Below, one piece after another: positions 40,231 through 50,850 of a stretch of DNA of 64,000 nucleotides. Position 1 is the stretch's first letter, and every line of letters begins with the position of its first letter. A model generated the notes under the pieces. The model had not been told where the DNA came from and ran no database searches. It saw nothing but the letters and a program-made list of their open reading frames with translations. A program made the position numbers and the translations under genes. Source of the stretch: Candidatus Binatia bacterium (GTDB taxonomy: Bacteria; Desulfobacterota; Binatia; Bin18); the NCBI GenBank assembly GCA_963666315.2, contig CAXXHG010000046.1, forward strand, positions 96,001 through 160,000, read 5' to 3'.

Positions 40231-41850
40231 ATGAATGCCGTACAAGAATTCCAGACATCAGAAGCATTAACATTCGACAATCGATTCACCCGCGAACTGC
40301 CGGTCGATCCTGAAACCGAAAACTATCGCCGGCAGGTCACGCAAGCGTGTTACTCGCGTGTACAGCCCAGGAAAGTCACTCAGCCCCGGCTGGTCGCTTA
40401 CGCGTGGGATGTTGCCCAGGAACTGAATCTTACGCCGGCGTTTTGCGAATCAGACGATTTCCCACACATCTTTTCGGGCAACCGTTTGCTGGCAGGTATG
40501 GATCCCTACGCCACCTGTTACGGCGGCCACCAGTTCGGCAACTGGGCCGGGCAGCTCGGAGACGGCCGGGCCATCAACCTGGGCGAGATAGTCAATCGGG
40601 ACGGCAAGCGGTGGGCATTGCAACTCAAAGGCGCCGGCCCTACGCCGTATTCACGAACGGCCGACGGTTTGGCCGTCCTCCGCTCGTCGCTGCGCGAGTT
40701 CTTGTGTAGCGAGGCCATGCATCATCTCGGTGTCCCTACTACACGCGCGTTAAGCCTGGTGTCGACGGGCGAGCAGGTCGTCCGGGATATGTTTTACAAT
40801 GGCAACCCCAAGCCTGAGCCAGGAGCTATTGTGTGTCGGGTCGCGCCATCATTTACACGCTTCGGGAATTTTCAGCTATTTGCTGCGCGCGGAGAGATCG
40901 ACGTGTTGAAACAACTGGTCGATTATACCATACGCACCGACTTCTCCCATTTGGGCGAACCATCGCGCGACACTTACCCGGTCTGGTTCGAGGAAGTCTG
41001 CCGCACAACGGCACAGATGATCGTACACTGGCTGCGCGTCGGCTTCGTCCACGGTGTGATGAACACGGACAATATGTCTATCCTCGGCCTCACCATAGAC
41101 TACGGCCCGTATGGTTGGCTGGAAAATTACGATACCAACTGGACGCCGAACACCACCGACGCGGCCGGCCACCGGTATGCCTTCGGCAAGCAGCCACACA
41201 TCGCGCATTGGAATCTCGTCCAGCTTGCCAATGCCATCTATCCACTGATTGAACAGACTGAACCGTTGGAAGAAGTGTTGAACAGCTATGCAAAAGAATT
41301 TGAGCACGGCTGGCAATCCATGATGGCCCAAAAACTGGGGCTGCGAGCCTTCAAGCCTGACCTGGACGATACCCTATTCTCGGGCCTACTTGAGATTCTA
41401 CAATTGGCCGAGACAGATATGACTATCTTCTATCGGCGGCTGGCTACAATTGATGTCAACGTCGAATCTCAGGACAAAACAGACGCTACCGCTCTCATAG
41501 AACCTGTGTTGGACGCCTACTACGTCCCGGAGCAATTAACGCAAGACACAACGATGCGCGTCACTAATTGGCTGCGCCGCTACCAAGAACGCGTGAGAGA
41601 AGATGGCACGGATAACGAGACGAGACGCAAACGAATGAACGCGGTCAACCCGAAATATGTACTGCGCAACTATCTGGCCCAGCTTGCCATCGACAAGGCC
41701 GAACAGGACGACAATTCGATGCTGAACGAATTACTGGAACTCCTCCGCCATCCATATGATGAACAACCTGACAAAGAAGAATATGCGAAAAAACGTCCCG
41801 ACTGGGCGCGCCAACGTGCGGGCTGTTCGATGCTGTCGTGTAGTTCGTGA
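40231..41850 (+). CDS. selO: Protein adenylyltransferase SelO/YdiU
   Basis: YGGHQFG.WAGQLGDGRA, QLKGAG.TPYSR.ADG.AVLRSS.RE, HGVMNTDN, IDYGPYG, C-terminal CSMLSCSS. Confidence 0.95.
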   Translation: MNAVQEFQTSEALTFDNRFTRELPVDPETENYRRQVTQACYSRVQPRKVTQPRLVAYAWDVAQELNLTPAFCESDDFPHIFSGNRLLAGMDPYATCYGGHQFGNWAGQLGDGRAINLGEIVNRDGKRWALQLKGAGPTPYSRTADGLAVLRSSLREFLCSEAMHHLGVPTTRALSLVSTGEQVVRDMFYNGNPKPEPGAIVCRVAPSFTRFGNFQLFAARGEIDVLKQLVDYTIRTDFSHLGEPSRDTYPVWFEEVCRTTAQMIVHWLRVGFVHGVMNTDNMSILGLTIDYGPYGWLENYDTNWTPNTTDAAGHRYAFGKQPHIAHWNLVQLANAIYPLIEQTEPLEEVLNSYAKEFEHGWQSMMAQKLGLRAFKPDLDDTLFSGLLEILQLAETDMTIFYRRLATIDVNVESQDKTDATALIEPVLDAYYVPEQLTQDTTMRVTNWLRRYQERVREDGTDNETRRKRMNAVNPKYVLRNYLAQLAIDKAEQDDNSMLNELLELLRHPYDEQPDKEEYAKKRPDWARQRAGCSMLSCSS

Positions 41851-41936
41851 TGATCGGCAAAGCTCGACCACCCAAGGTAAATAAACATACCTCATAAAAA
41901 GTTGCATTGGCCTTGCGGGATTGATGCGAAGAAAAA

Positions 41937-42892
41937 ATGATGATGGATCGTAACTTCGAAATGATTAAAACAAACGGTGTCACGCTGCGCACAGTGGCGG
42001 AAGGAGATGGACCGCTGGTTATACTGCTGCACGGCTGGCCGCAGTGTTGGTATTTGTGGCAGCATCAGATCGATCCCATCGTCGCGGCGGGTTATCGCGT
42101 CGCTGTTCCTGATCAACGTGGCTACGGCGGCAGCTAGTGCCCCCCCGCAGTCTCCGATTACAATATTCGGACTCTTGCCGCCGACGTTGCCGGCATTGCA
42201 CTAGCCCTAGGCTACGATGAATTCAATCTGATCGGCCACGACTGGGGCTGCGTTGTGGCCTGGAATACCGCCCTACTCCATGAGGACACGTGTAAAGCGA
42301 TAATGGGACTGTCCGTACCATTTTGGCGCATGGGGGATGCCGCTATTAATCCCTCCGGGATGGACGATCAGTTTTGGTATTTCCGCTACTTCCAAGAAGA
42401 AGGCATCGTCGAAGCCGAGCTTGAAAAAGATTTGGAACGCAGCCTCCGGATACTCTACTACGGCCTCTGTGCCGACTCGCCTGCACAGAGTTGGATGAAG
42501 CAATTGGAGCATCCAAAGTCGAGCGGCCTGCTGGATGTACTGCCTGAGCCAGAGCAGCTGCCGACCTGGCTTACCCAAGCGGATCTGGATTATTATGTCG
42601 AGCAGTACCGGACGAGCGGTTTCGGAGGGCCGGTTAATTGGCACCGCAATATTCCGACCAATAATGGCATCACACCGGAACTCGAAGGCAAAAAGTTTTC
42701 CCAGCCTGCGGCATTCGTTGCGGGTGCTGAGGATAACGTACTGCTCTACGATCCCGACTGGCGGAACACGTTTCCGGCTGCTTTCGATGATCTACGCTTC
42801 CTCGAAATAATCGCAGGCGCAGGCCATGGGTCCAGGCCGAAAAACCACAAGAAACGAACGAGCTGATCCTGTGTTTTTTGCGGGAACTGTGA
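41937..42892 (+). pseudogene. Epoxide hydrolase-like alpha/beta hydrolase; in-frame TAG 42135-42137 and a 1-nt deletion near 42827
   Basis: LLHGWP, PDQRGYG, GHDWG; GAGH followed out of frame by VQAEKPQETN. Confidence 0.88.
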
Positions 42893-42945
42893 GTTAGATA
42901 CGGTGGGTCGCTCAGACCCACCCGGTTCAGACACGAACCCCTTGG

Positions 42946-43560
42946 CTACTTCCCAATCGCCTTGGCCCGGTCGAGCGAAGGCCGAGCATAACAGGCGTCG
43001 GTCCAGCGCTTCACATTGGTGTAGGCTGCGCTATCGAATTTCACCATCGATAAAAGCAACATAACCCCAGACACGTTCAGATCAGCGATACTGAAGGCGC
43101 CACCAACCAGCCAGTCTTTATTGGCCAGCGTATTATCAAGCACCTTCAAGGGCCGAGCCAGTGTTTTCTCAGCAGCAGCAATAGCATCCGCACTGCGCTT
43201 TTCCTCAGGTGTAAAAAACTTTTGGACGACGATGTCCATCTGTGGCGGCTCGATCTCGGTCATGACCCACACACTCCATTGCCAGGCCAGAGCTTCATTG
43301 GCAGGATCGCGCGGATACAGATCACCACCGTAGGTCTTGGCCAGGTAGAGATTAATCGCCATGGACTCAAAGAGGGTAAGGTCGCCATCTTGTAAGGCGG
43401 GAATACGACCATTCGGATTCACCGCGAGATACTCCGACTTTTTCGACTCCTCCATGAAATTGACCGAGACATGCTCATACTCAATCCCGACTTCCTCAAT
43501 AGCCCACATCGAACGTATCGCGCGCGAGCCGGAAATACCGTACAGCTTTGGTTTTGCCAT
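42946..43560 (-). CDS. Glutathione S-transferase family protein
   Basis: NPNGRIPAL, LFESMAINLYLA, FSIADL. Confidence 0.93.
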   Translation of the reverse strand: MAKPKLYGISGSRAIRSMWAIEEVGIEYEHVSVNFMEESKKSEYLAVNPNGRIPALQDGDLTLFESMAINLYLAKTYGGDLYPRDPANEALAWQWSVWVMTEIEPPQMDIVVQKFFTPEEKRSADAIAAAEKTLARPLKVLDNTLANKDWLVGGAFSIADLNVSGVMLLLSMVKFDSAAYTNVKRWTDACYARPSLDRAKAIGK

Positions 43561-43773
43561 GTTTGCATTCCTTTCTGTTTCTTTACGTCATGGAGTATCA
43601 TCTTGGGTGGCAGACGTCTGCACGCTACCCACGGATTGAGCATCTCGCGTATCAAGCATTGATTGTGACTCGACGCAACTCGCGAGATAAGGTAGAAATC
43701 GAGCCTTACATTGACCATCTGATAAGCTCTTCGGCGTTCATAACATCCCCGGACGGGGAGAAAGGGTGTCAGG

Positions 43774-44934
43774 ATGAACAGTGCCGCCACAGCAATTTCC
43801 GCAGATTACGGCTCGGAGGAAACGGCGATGCAAGCCTATCTCGCTGAGGGCGGGCGCAAGGCATTCTCCCTCCAGAACCGTGGGCCTATCCGCTACACGC
43901 CGGACGGCAAGATCGACCCCGCCATCCTCGACGCCTATTGGCACTATGGGTTCTACGTGTTTGAAGGGGTACTCGGTGCGGAAGAGCTCGCTGACATCGA
44001 GGTGGACTTTCAGGAGATCCTGGGGCGCCTTCCCAGCGAAAAGGGATCGCCGGTTGATGCTACGGGGCGTCCCGCTCTCGCCCACGGCTGCCAGGCGCAC
44101 ACGTTATTTTGGTCGAACCCCCTGGGAGATCCCTTTGGCGGAACGAAGTTCGGCAACGGTCGTCATCCGGTCAAAATGGTCGAGCCCACTCCAGCGGACG
44201 ACGCGCCAGAAGAGATCGTCTATCTGATCCTGGGCTCGCTTCAATTCTCGGATGCGTGCCTACGCACTTATGGACATCCTGATCTCTTAGCAGTAGCCGC
44301 GGCCGTGAACGGCGAGGACTTCGTGCCGTACACCGATGCGCTGTTTATCAAAGCGCCGGGTCTCGGCGCCTCTGTCGCGTGGCATCAGGACGGTATCACT
44401 CACTGGGAGAGCGCCGATTGGGATCAGGGCTCGCACGGCTTCAACTTTATGGGCCAGCTCTATGGTTGCACACCCGCCAACGGGGTTTGGGTGGTGCCTG
44501 GATCCCACAAAGTGGGCCGGATCGATATTAAGGCGAAGGTGGCCGAAGCGGGGACCGAACGGCTTCCCGACGCGGTGCCTATGGTCTGTCAGCCCGGCGA
44601 CGTCGTAATCAGCAACCGTCAGCTCCTACACGGCTCGTTCGCGAATACAAGCAAAGATTGGCGGGTCACCGTCAATATGGGGTTCCACCGCCGTGCGTCG
44701 GTGCTCGGAGTGCAAGGCGGCGGCCTGCTCGGCAAGGATACCGTCTACGATGCAGACCATATCAGACAACGCTCGCGGACTATCGGTTACGCCATCGACG
44801 CGCGACACCAGCGCTTCCCCGAAGAAACCCCTTTCGTCTATCGACCCTTCGCCAATGCCGGGGAGACCTACGAGTGGAACGCCGCGGCCAAGGCCAGCCT
44901 CTCGGACTATAATCTGCTCGACATAGGCGTGTAG
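43774..44934 (+). CDS. PhyH-family dioxygenase
   Basis: VAWHQDG, VPGSH, PGDV...LHGS. Confidence 0.9.
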   Translation: MNSAATAISADYGSEETAMQAYLAEGGRKAFSLQNRGPIRYTPDGKIDPAILDAYWHYGFYVFEGVLGAEELADIEVDFQEILGRLPSEKGSPVDATGRPALAHGCQAHTLFWSNPLGDPFGGTKFGNGRHPVKMVEPTPADDAPEEIVYLILGSLQFSDACLRTYGHPDLLAVAAAVNGEDFVPYTDALFIKAPGLGASVAWHQDGITHWESADWDQGSHGFNFMGQLYGCTPANGVWVVPGSHKVGRIDIKAKVAEAGTERLPDAVPMVCQPGDVVISNRQLLHGSFANTSKDWRVTVNMGFHRRASVLGVQGGGLLGKDTVYDADHIRQRSRTIGYAIDARHQRFPEETPFVYRPFANAGETYEWNAAAKASLSDYNLLDIGV

Positions 44935-44977
44935 GAGAACCCATGCCGCGGAGGATGCGGAATACGGAGGAATCAGT

Positions 44978-45203
44978 ATGACGGACAAAATGAATGTGGG
45001 CATCTATCTGTTCGAAAATATGACCATGCTCGATGGCTTTGCGCCGCTGCAAATCCTGGCATACGTTGAACAGTTCAATACGTTCACATTTTCGCCAAAC
45101 AAGGGACCGCTACAGTCCGATAGTGGCGCAGTCCTCACTCCGGATTATGATTTCGCATCGTGTCCACCACTCGATATTCTTGTCATGCCCGTGGAAACGG
45201 GAC
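44978..45203 (+). pseudogene. DJ-1/PfpI family protein truncated by IS30
   Basis: VGIYLFENMTMLDGFAP...PDYDFASCPPLDILVMP then IS end; catalytic Cys half not found. Confidence 0.8.
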
Positions 45204-45205
45204 CG

Positions 45206-46218
45206 TGGATTCACATTTGAAGTGCAACAGTTGCTGTAAAAGAACCTCTGCAGGAGTGTGGTAGGCAAGACATTTTCGGGGTGTGTTGTTGTAGGCACGG
45301 ATGAGGGCATTAAAGCGGTTTGTGCGCAGGCTGGCGAGGGCGGTGTTGCGCGGGATGGTTCGCCGCATGCGACCAAGGGCATTTTCAATGCCGCCCTTCT
45401 GCCACGGCTTATGGGGGTCGCAAAAGAAGGTCTGAATGGCCAGGGGATGCAATTGGTAGTGCTGGACGAACTCGGTGCCATTATCGAAGGTCAGGGTTTG
45501 GCGCAAGCTTGGGGCAAGGGTTTGAGGAGCTGGACCATCAGCCGGGCCATGGGCTGAGCCGCCTTGCTGGGCGGTCGGGCCGCGAGGAGGACCGGGGAGT
45601 GGCGTTCATGCATGGTCAGGATGGCCGGTCCGTAGTGGGCGAATACCATCAGAGCGGCTTCCCAGTGGCCGGGGACCTGGCGGTCGGTGGCGCAGGCCGG
45701 GCGGTCCGAGAGGGGCCGGCGGGCTTTCGAAGAAGCGGACCGGAGAGCCGCGCTTCTTGCCGCGCCCGCCGCGTTTGGATTTGGCGCGGGGCAGATAGAG
45801 CCGCCAGCGGTCATCCTTGGTGCGCGCCAGTTGTGCATAGAGAAACCGGTAGATGCTCTCGTGGCTGATCACCTGGCTGCCGGGCTCAACCGCCAGCCGG
45901 CCGGCCACCTGCTCCGGCGCCCAGGGCCTTGACGCGCAGCTCCTTCTTGCGTTCCAGCTTCGAGCCGTTCCACCTCCGGGCGCAAGCCTGCTGATCGGCA
46001 TAGGCCGGGGTGTAGGCCCCCTGGGTGCCCTGGTTCCGCTTTATCTCGCGAGCAATGGTCGATGGCGCGCGATCCACAGCTGCTGCAACTTGCCGGAGCG
46101 AGCTCCCCGCGCCTTGAAGACCGGCAATCTTCCACCGCTCCTCAACTGAAAGTTGTCTGTATCTCTTGTCCATGACAACACCTTATCCAGCTCGTGTTGC
46201 ACTTGGTTTGTGAATCTA
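45206..46218 (-). mobile_element. IS30-family insertion sequence with multiply frameshifted transposase
   Basis: IRs TGGATTCACATTTGAAGTGCAACA / TAGATTCACAAACCAAGTGCAACA; YRQLSVEER, RAPSTIAREIKRN, ISHESIY, GHWEA, TFDNGTEF, PWQKGGIEN, NNTPRKCL spread over several frames. Confidence 0.92.
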
Positions 46219-46281
46219 GAGAATCCAGAGAAGCGGGGTTACACTCCGATGACTGGCTTCAGCCCGTTTCGTTAGGCGCTC

Positions 46282-47505
46282 TTAGGACGTTGGGATGCGG
46301 AGTACTTTCCCAGCCTGAATGCGACGGCTGCGGAGCCTGTTGACCCGCATCAACGTAGAAATCTTTGTGTGGTATCGACGCGCGATACCACCTAAGGTAT
46401 CCCCCCATCGGACGCGATACCGTGTAGTTCCTCCCCGGCCTGAGGCTGGAATGCGTAAAGTCGAGCCGGCATTAATACGCGTACTGCGCAGCCCGTTCGC
46501 AACCCTGAGGGCGGTAACGGTCGTACGGTGACGCCGCGCAATTTTTTCAAGCGAATCTCCCCAGCGCACGGTGTATGTGCGGTATTTTCGAACGCTTGCT
46601 CGCCGTGCTGTCTCCCCCCGGGAGGAAGACCGAGTACGCATTGTCGCTGCCCCGTCAGACACCCCGCGCGTACCGGGCTTAGCCACAAGGGTGGTTGAGA
46701 CCGAGACCTGCTTTCCCACTGGCAGAGGATGGAAGTGCCACAAATCGTTATTTTGGTGAAAGGTATGAGGGTCGATCCGAAAGACGCCGGCCAGGACGTC
46801 GGGCGCATCTCCAATACGAGTCGTGTAGACAAGATTGTTTGTAGCCAGTTTCGTCAGGTACTCCGGCCCCGTGGCGGGATAGGCGACCAGCATGCCAGCC
46901 CGCAGTGATCGTGTTGCCAGCATAGGATTGTAGAAGCGCAGGACAGCGGGCGGCAGTTCTACCGCGCGCGCCAGCGATTCCCACGACTCTTTATCCTGGA
47001 CTGTGCGGAGCTTCAGCCGTTCGGCCTGTCTGCGCACCTCGGCTTCGTACTCGCGCAATACGGATTTATAATGTCCTACCCCAACGATATAGCGTAGGGT
47101 TGTGAATCGGAGCGGCTGATCTTCCTCGACCCGGTCAGGCCCCACGGTATAGGCCGCCAGCACATAATCTTCACGCACAAACTGGTTTTGCAACTGCGCA
47201 ATATATTTCATTCCGGCATCGATGTTGGCCTCAACGCCCAGAAGCCGAACGAGGCCAGGTGAGAGCTGGAAATAGCCGACGTCGCCGTCGGAAGAAACCC
47301 AGCCGGCGTTGCCACCTGATTCCTGCAGAATAACAGCCCGTGCCAGGCGATGATCCACCCCGTAGCGAGCCGCGTAGGTGAAGAGTTCGCTGTCAATCTC
47401 AATCGTCTTGCGGTACATGCCTAAGAGCGCAGGAGAGATCTCTACTGCAGCCCAGGCCGACTGGCCCCAAAGCAGACCGCTCAGAAACACCAACCACCAC
47501 AACAT
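46282..47505 (-). CDS. Lytic transglycosylase (SLT) with LysM domains
   Basis: Signal peptide, AVILQESGG, GYFQL, LAAY; C-terminal YTVRWGDSL..IA and YRVRWGDTL..IA. Confidence 0.88.
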   Translation of the reverse strand: MLWWLVFLSGLLWGQSAWAAVEISPALLGMYRKTIEIDSELFTYAARYGVDHRLARAVILQESGGNAGWVSSDGDVGYFQLSPGLVRLLGVEANIDAGMKYIAQLQNQFVREDYVLAAYTVGPDRVEEDQPLRFTTLRYIVGVGHYKSVLREYEAEVRRQAERLKLRTVQDKESWESLARAVELPPAVLRFYNPMLATRSLRAGMLVAYPATGPEYLTKLATNNLVYTTRIGDAPDVLAGVFRIDPHTFHQNNDLWHFHPLPVGKQVSVSTTLVAKPGTRGVSDGAATMRTRSSSRGETARRASVRKYRTYTVRWGDSLEKIARRHRTTVTALRVANGLRSTRINAGSTLRIPASGRGGTTRYRVRWGDTLGGIARRYHTKISTLMRVNRLRSRRIQAGKVLRIPTS

Positions 47506-48042
47506 CCTTCATCCTCCAGTGTTACTGAGTTAAACGATCACTATAGCAAGGATCATGTCTCAGAGACAAGGATTCCTGTCATAATTCTCGACAATCTCGA
47601 TAATTTCCTCCCGGGACTTGATCCTTGTATAATGATGTATGCATTCTTTCGGAACTGCTCACGCCGATTTTCTGCTGACGAGCCGGGCAAAACATTTGCC
47701 AAAACACCGGCATACAAAGACACTTCTGAATCATGCGCCAGCCACTTGCAGAGCAGAACCAAAAACTCTTGTAAACGCGGGCCAAGAAGTCCGAGCGAGG
47801 CAGGACGTAAGCCGCATTGAGTCGGAACCAAGTTTTCCGTATGGTGGGAAACCAACAGCACACGGTGATAGATAGTTGGAGGAAAGAAAATGGAAAATCA
47901 GGGACAAGGGCCAGCCTGGATTGTTTTTTTCGTATGGATGCTCGTACCGCTGCTGCTCTTCTTTCTTGTTCTCACGTTCACCGGGTAGAAGAGGCCAAGA
48001 GTAGGCTAGGTAGGCAACACAGGAAGAGGGGAACCCCAAAGC

Positions 48043-49083
48043 ATGAAAGGAAGTATTGTGACACGGTCAGCATGGACGAAAAACGTCGGTCTCGCTTTCA
48101 CCTTTCTGGCGGGGATTGCGGTCGCGCCCAGCATACTCCAGGCAGAGGCTACAAGCGCCGTCCTGGCAACGGTCGGCGAGAAGAGCATCAGCGAAGCCGA
48201 CATCGCCAAGCAGATAAAAGGTCAGATGCTACGGCTGGACAACCAGATCTATGCGCTGAAAAAGAAAGCCATCGATACCATTATCAATAATCATCTCATG
48301 GCTGGGGAGGCCAAGAAGCGAGGTATCACGCGCCAACAGCTTACCAAACAGGAGGTGACGGACAAGGTCGCAGCCGTGACAGACGCAGAGGTCACTGCCT
48401 ATTATACTAAGAACAAAGCGCGGCTGCGTGGAAAAAAACTGGAAGAAGCCCGAGATCAGATCAAACAAACACTCCAAAGCCAAAAGCAGCAACAACGGCA
48501 GCGAGCATTTACGGCCGAGCTACGCAAGACGGCCGCAATCGACATGAAGATCAGCCCTCCGGTTGTTGAGGTACCGATTGCCGGCGCACCGACCAAAGGT
48601 CCGGAGAACGCACCGATTACGCTCGTTGAGTTTTCCGACTTTCAATGACCTTACTGCGCCCGAGTGCAGTCTGCACTCACCCAAATTCAAGAGAACTATA
48701 AAGATCAGGTCAAAATCGTTTTCAAAGATTTTCCCTTAACCCGCATTCACGCTCAGGCGTATAAAGCCGCAGAGGCCGCCCGTTGCGCCGGCGATCAGGA
48801 CAAGTATTGGGAATATCACGATATCCTGTTTGCCAATGCCCGCGCGCTCCAACCCGATAAGCTCAAGCAGTACGCTGCAGACCTCAAACTCGACACCGCC
48901 CAGTTTGACGCTTGCTTAGACAACAATGCCTATACCGGAGCGGTCAGCAAAGATTTGGCGCTGGGCACCCGGCTCGGGGTAACCGGTACGCCGGCTTTCT
49001 TTGTGAACGGGCGTTTTCTATCCGGAGCCCAGCCCTATTCGGCTTTTGCCGAATTGATCGACGAAGCGCTGGCAGCGCAGTAA
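48043..49083 (+). CDS. DsbA/DsbG-like thioredoxin-fold protein with N-terminal SurA-like domain; probable selenoprotein (UPYC)
   Basis: EFSDFQ-TGA-PYCARV in frame through to GVTGTPAFFVNG; TGA 48646-48648 sits at the first Cys of CxxC. Confidence 0.88.
48662..48678 (+). promoter_or_regulatory. Bacterial SECIS-like hairpin
   Basis: GAGTGCA-GTC-TGCACTC beginning 13 nt after the TGA, resembling the fdhF SECIS upper stem-loop. Confidence 0.75.
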
Positions 49084-49092
49084 TCTTGCTTT

Positions 49093-49119
49093 ATAGGGGC
49101 GACCGACCGGTCGCCCTTA
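49093..49119. repeat. REP-like palindrome between convergent genes
   Basis: ATAGGGGCGACCGACCGGTCGCCCTTA, variant of 29529-29556. Confidence 0.75.
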
Positions 49120-49371
49120 GGTTTCCTCCCCTATTTTCTGGGGCATACGTCGTGGCAGCCCCCCACAACGTTGGAGGGCTAAGGCGTCAAGCCGTTCTTG
49201 GAATGTTCTTTTTTCAGCCGGGGTCCGGCAGGGCAAGGCACCCAGCTCTTGGCGTTCTTCAACCCTCAATGCTTGCCATTCTTTTAAGTGCAGTTTGATG
49301 CCAGCCTGATCAAGCTTGTCGCGGACAGAGCGAGGGATCCAGTCGAGATCAGCTTTCTCCATAGCCGTCAC
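49117..49371 (-). CDS. Nitrate reductase-associated protein family (short)
   Basis: WIPRSVRDKLDQAGIKLHLKEWQAL..EERQEL..LPC. Confidence 0.65.
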   Translation of the reverse strand: MTAMEKADLDWIPRSVRDKLDQAGIKLHLKEWQALRVEERQELGALPCRTPAEKRTFQERLDALALQRCGGLPRRMPQKIGEET

Positions 49372-49519
49372 CTTTCAGAATACTGTCAGCATACTGATAT
49401 TTTTGGCCCTACCCGCTTTCTTGAAACAGCGCAAGCCAGTCTCTCTACCCATCCGTTTTTTTACCCTTGCGTCTACCCCTCTTGGCGATACAGAAAAGGG
49501 TATGGTAAGGCTTCAGTCC

Positions 49520-50743
49520 ATGTCAGCAAAAAAGGCAAAAGCAGAACGTCGAAAGGCGACGCAACAAGACGGCGCCCACCAAGCACCAACGCGAGTCCCG
49601 AGCTGGCCTTTACTCGCGATTCGCATTCTTGGGGCGCTGGGACTCGGTATCGGCATATATCTCTCGCTCCTCCACTATCAGGCCGGAGCAGAGGGAGGCA
49701 TTGATTCAGCTTTTTGCGGTACGGGGACAACGGTCAACTGTAGTCTGGTCTTGGGCAGTGCCTATGCCCAGTTGTTCGGAGTCCCGGTAGCACTGTGGGC
49801 GACCGCAGCCTACGCCGCTCTGCTCGCCACTACGTTGCTCTCCTCGACCGGGCTGAGCCTCTTTTTGTGCGGCTGGATATTCGTCTTCTCGGCGTATATG
49901 GCCGGACTTTCATTCATCAAAATCGGGGCGACCTGCCCTCTGTGTATGAGCCTGTATCTGATCAATATTGGGCTCTTGATAAGTACCTTTGTTTTAGGAC
50001 GTGCAAACGGGGTACTCACCACAACTCGCCTTGCTTATACCTTAACCGCGTTCGCCGTCGTCCTGCTTGGGATAGGACTCACGCAAACCAAGGAGGCGGC
50101 AACCGTAGTAACGCCACAAGAATTTATTGCGCCGGCGCCGGCTGACATGGACATGAGTTTCGTTCGCTATTATCATGCACAACCTGCCGTCGTCCTACGG
50201 GGTGCCGAGCGTCATGTCGAAGGGCCGTCTGACGCCGTGCTGACCATTCACGAGTTCGTGGACTTTCGCTGTCCTCAGTGTGCCCGAGCACGGAGCGTGC
50301 TCTCACGATTCCAGCATGCCAACCCCAACGACGTCCGTATTGTGTTTCGCCATTATCCATTAGATCAGCAGTGTAATACGGCGATGAAAGACCAGGTTCA
50401 TCCCGGTGCGTGCACGGCGGCTATTGCGGCTGAATGCGCAGGAGAACAAGGGAAATTCTGGGAGTATGCGGATTTATTGTTCGCGGACCAAAAGAAATAC
50501 AAACGAGCAGATTTTGAAGAACATGCCAGAACCGCCGGGCTGGATTCTGAGCCGTTTTCCACGTGTTTGGACGAACGACGGACTGAAAGCCTGGTCAAGA
50601 ACGACATACAAGAAGCCCGCCGCATTGAGATCAAAGCCACACCAACCCTGGTCATCAACGGTCGCGTGATCTCGGGTATCCCGCCGATTAAGAAGCTGGC
50701 AAGTCTTGTGACGTTTCAGAACAAGCAATCGGCAACGCAGTAA
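49520..50743 (+). CDS. Vitamin K epoxide reductase (VKOR)-DsbA fusion
   Basis: Loop Cys pair C...NC, S.YAQLFGVP, CPLC in the membrane domain; DFRCPQC, FRHYPL, ATPTL in the C-terminal domain. Confidence 0.92.
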   Translation: MSAKKAKAERRKATQQDGAHQAPTRVPSWPLLAIRILGALGLGIGIYLSLLHYQAGAEGGIDSAFCGTGTTVNCSLVLGSAYAQLFGVPVALWATAAYAALLATTLLSSTGLSLFLCGWIFVFSAYMAGLSFIKIGATCPLCMSLYLINIGLLISTFVLGRANGVLTTTRLAYTLTAFAVVLLGIGLTQTKEAATVVTPQEFIAPAPADMDMSFVRYYHAQPAVVLRGAERHVEGPSDAVLTIHEFVDFRCPQCARARSVLSRFQHANPNDVRIVFRHYPLDQQCNTAMKDQVHPGACTAAIAAECAGEQGKFWEYADLLFADQKKYKRADFEEHARTAGLDSEPFSTCLDERRTESLVKNDIQEARRIEIKATPTLVINGRVISGIPPIKKLASLVTFQNKQSATQ

Positions 50744-50850
50744 GCGCGGTGTTGCGAGAACGCTACGGAGTATTCGCGCTACACAGCGTTCGCGCTAAGA
50801 GCGCTTGACGATACTGCTCAGGAGCGCGGGCGAGGTGCACGTCCAGCTGG

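Noticed and set aside
41820-41853. SelO as a selenoprotein (ends TGA TGA)
   Set aside because: The C-terminal CSS motif is complete with Cys (TGT) before the stops; this is the ordinary Cys form.
43600-43745. ISTLSRELRR-like HTH fragment on the minus strand
   Set aside because: Too short and interrupted by stops to assign to a transposase.
47510-48040. Possible ncRNA or small ORFs in the long divergent spacer
   Set aside because: No recognisable riboswitch, tRNA or protein motif by eye; needs an Rfam search.
49316-49519. N-terminal extension of VKOR in the ORF track
   Set aside because: Overlaps the opposite-strand gene and has no family features; ATG 49520 (or 49502) is more plausible.
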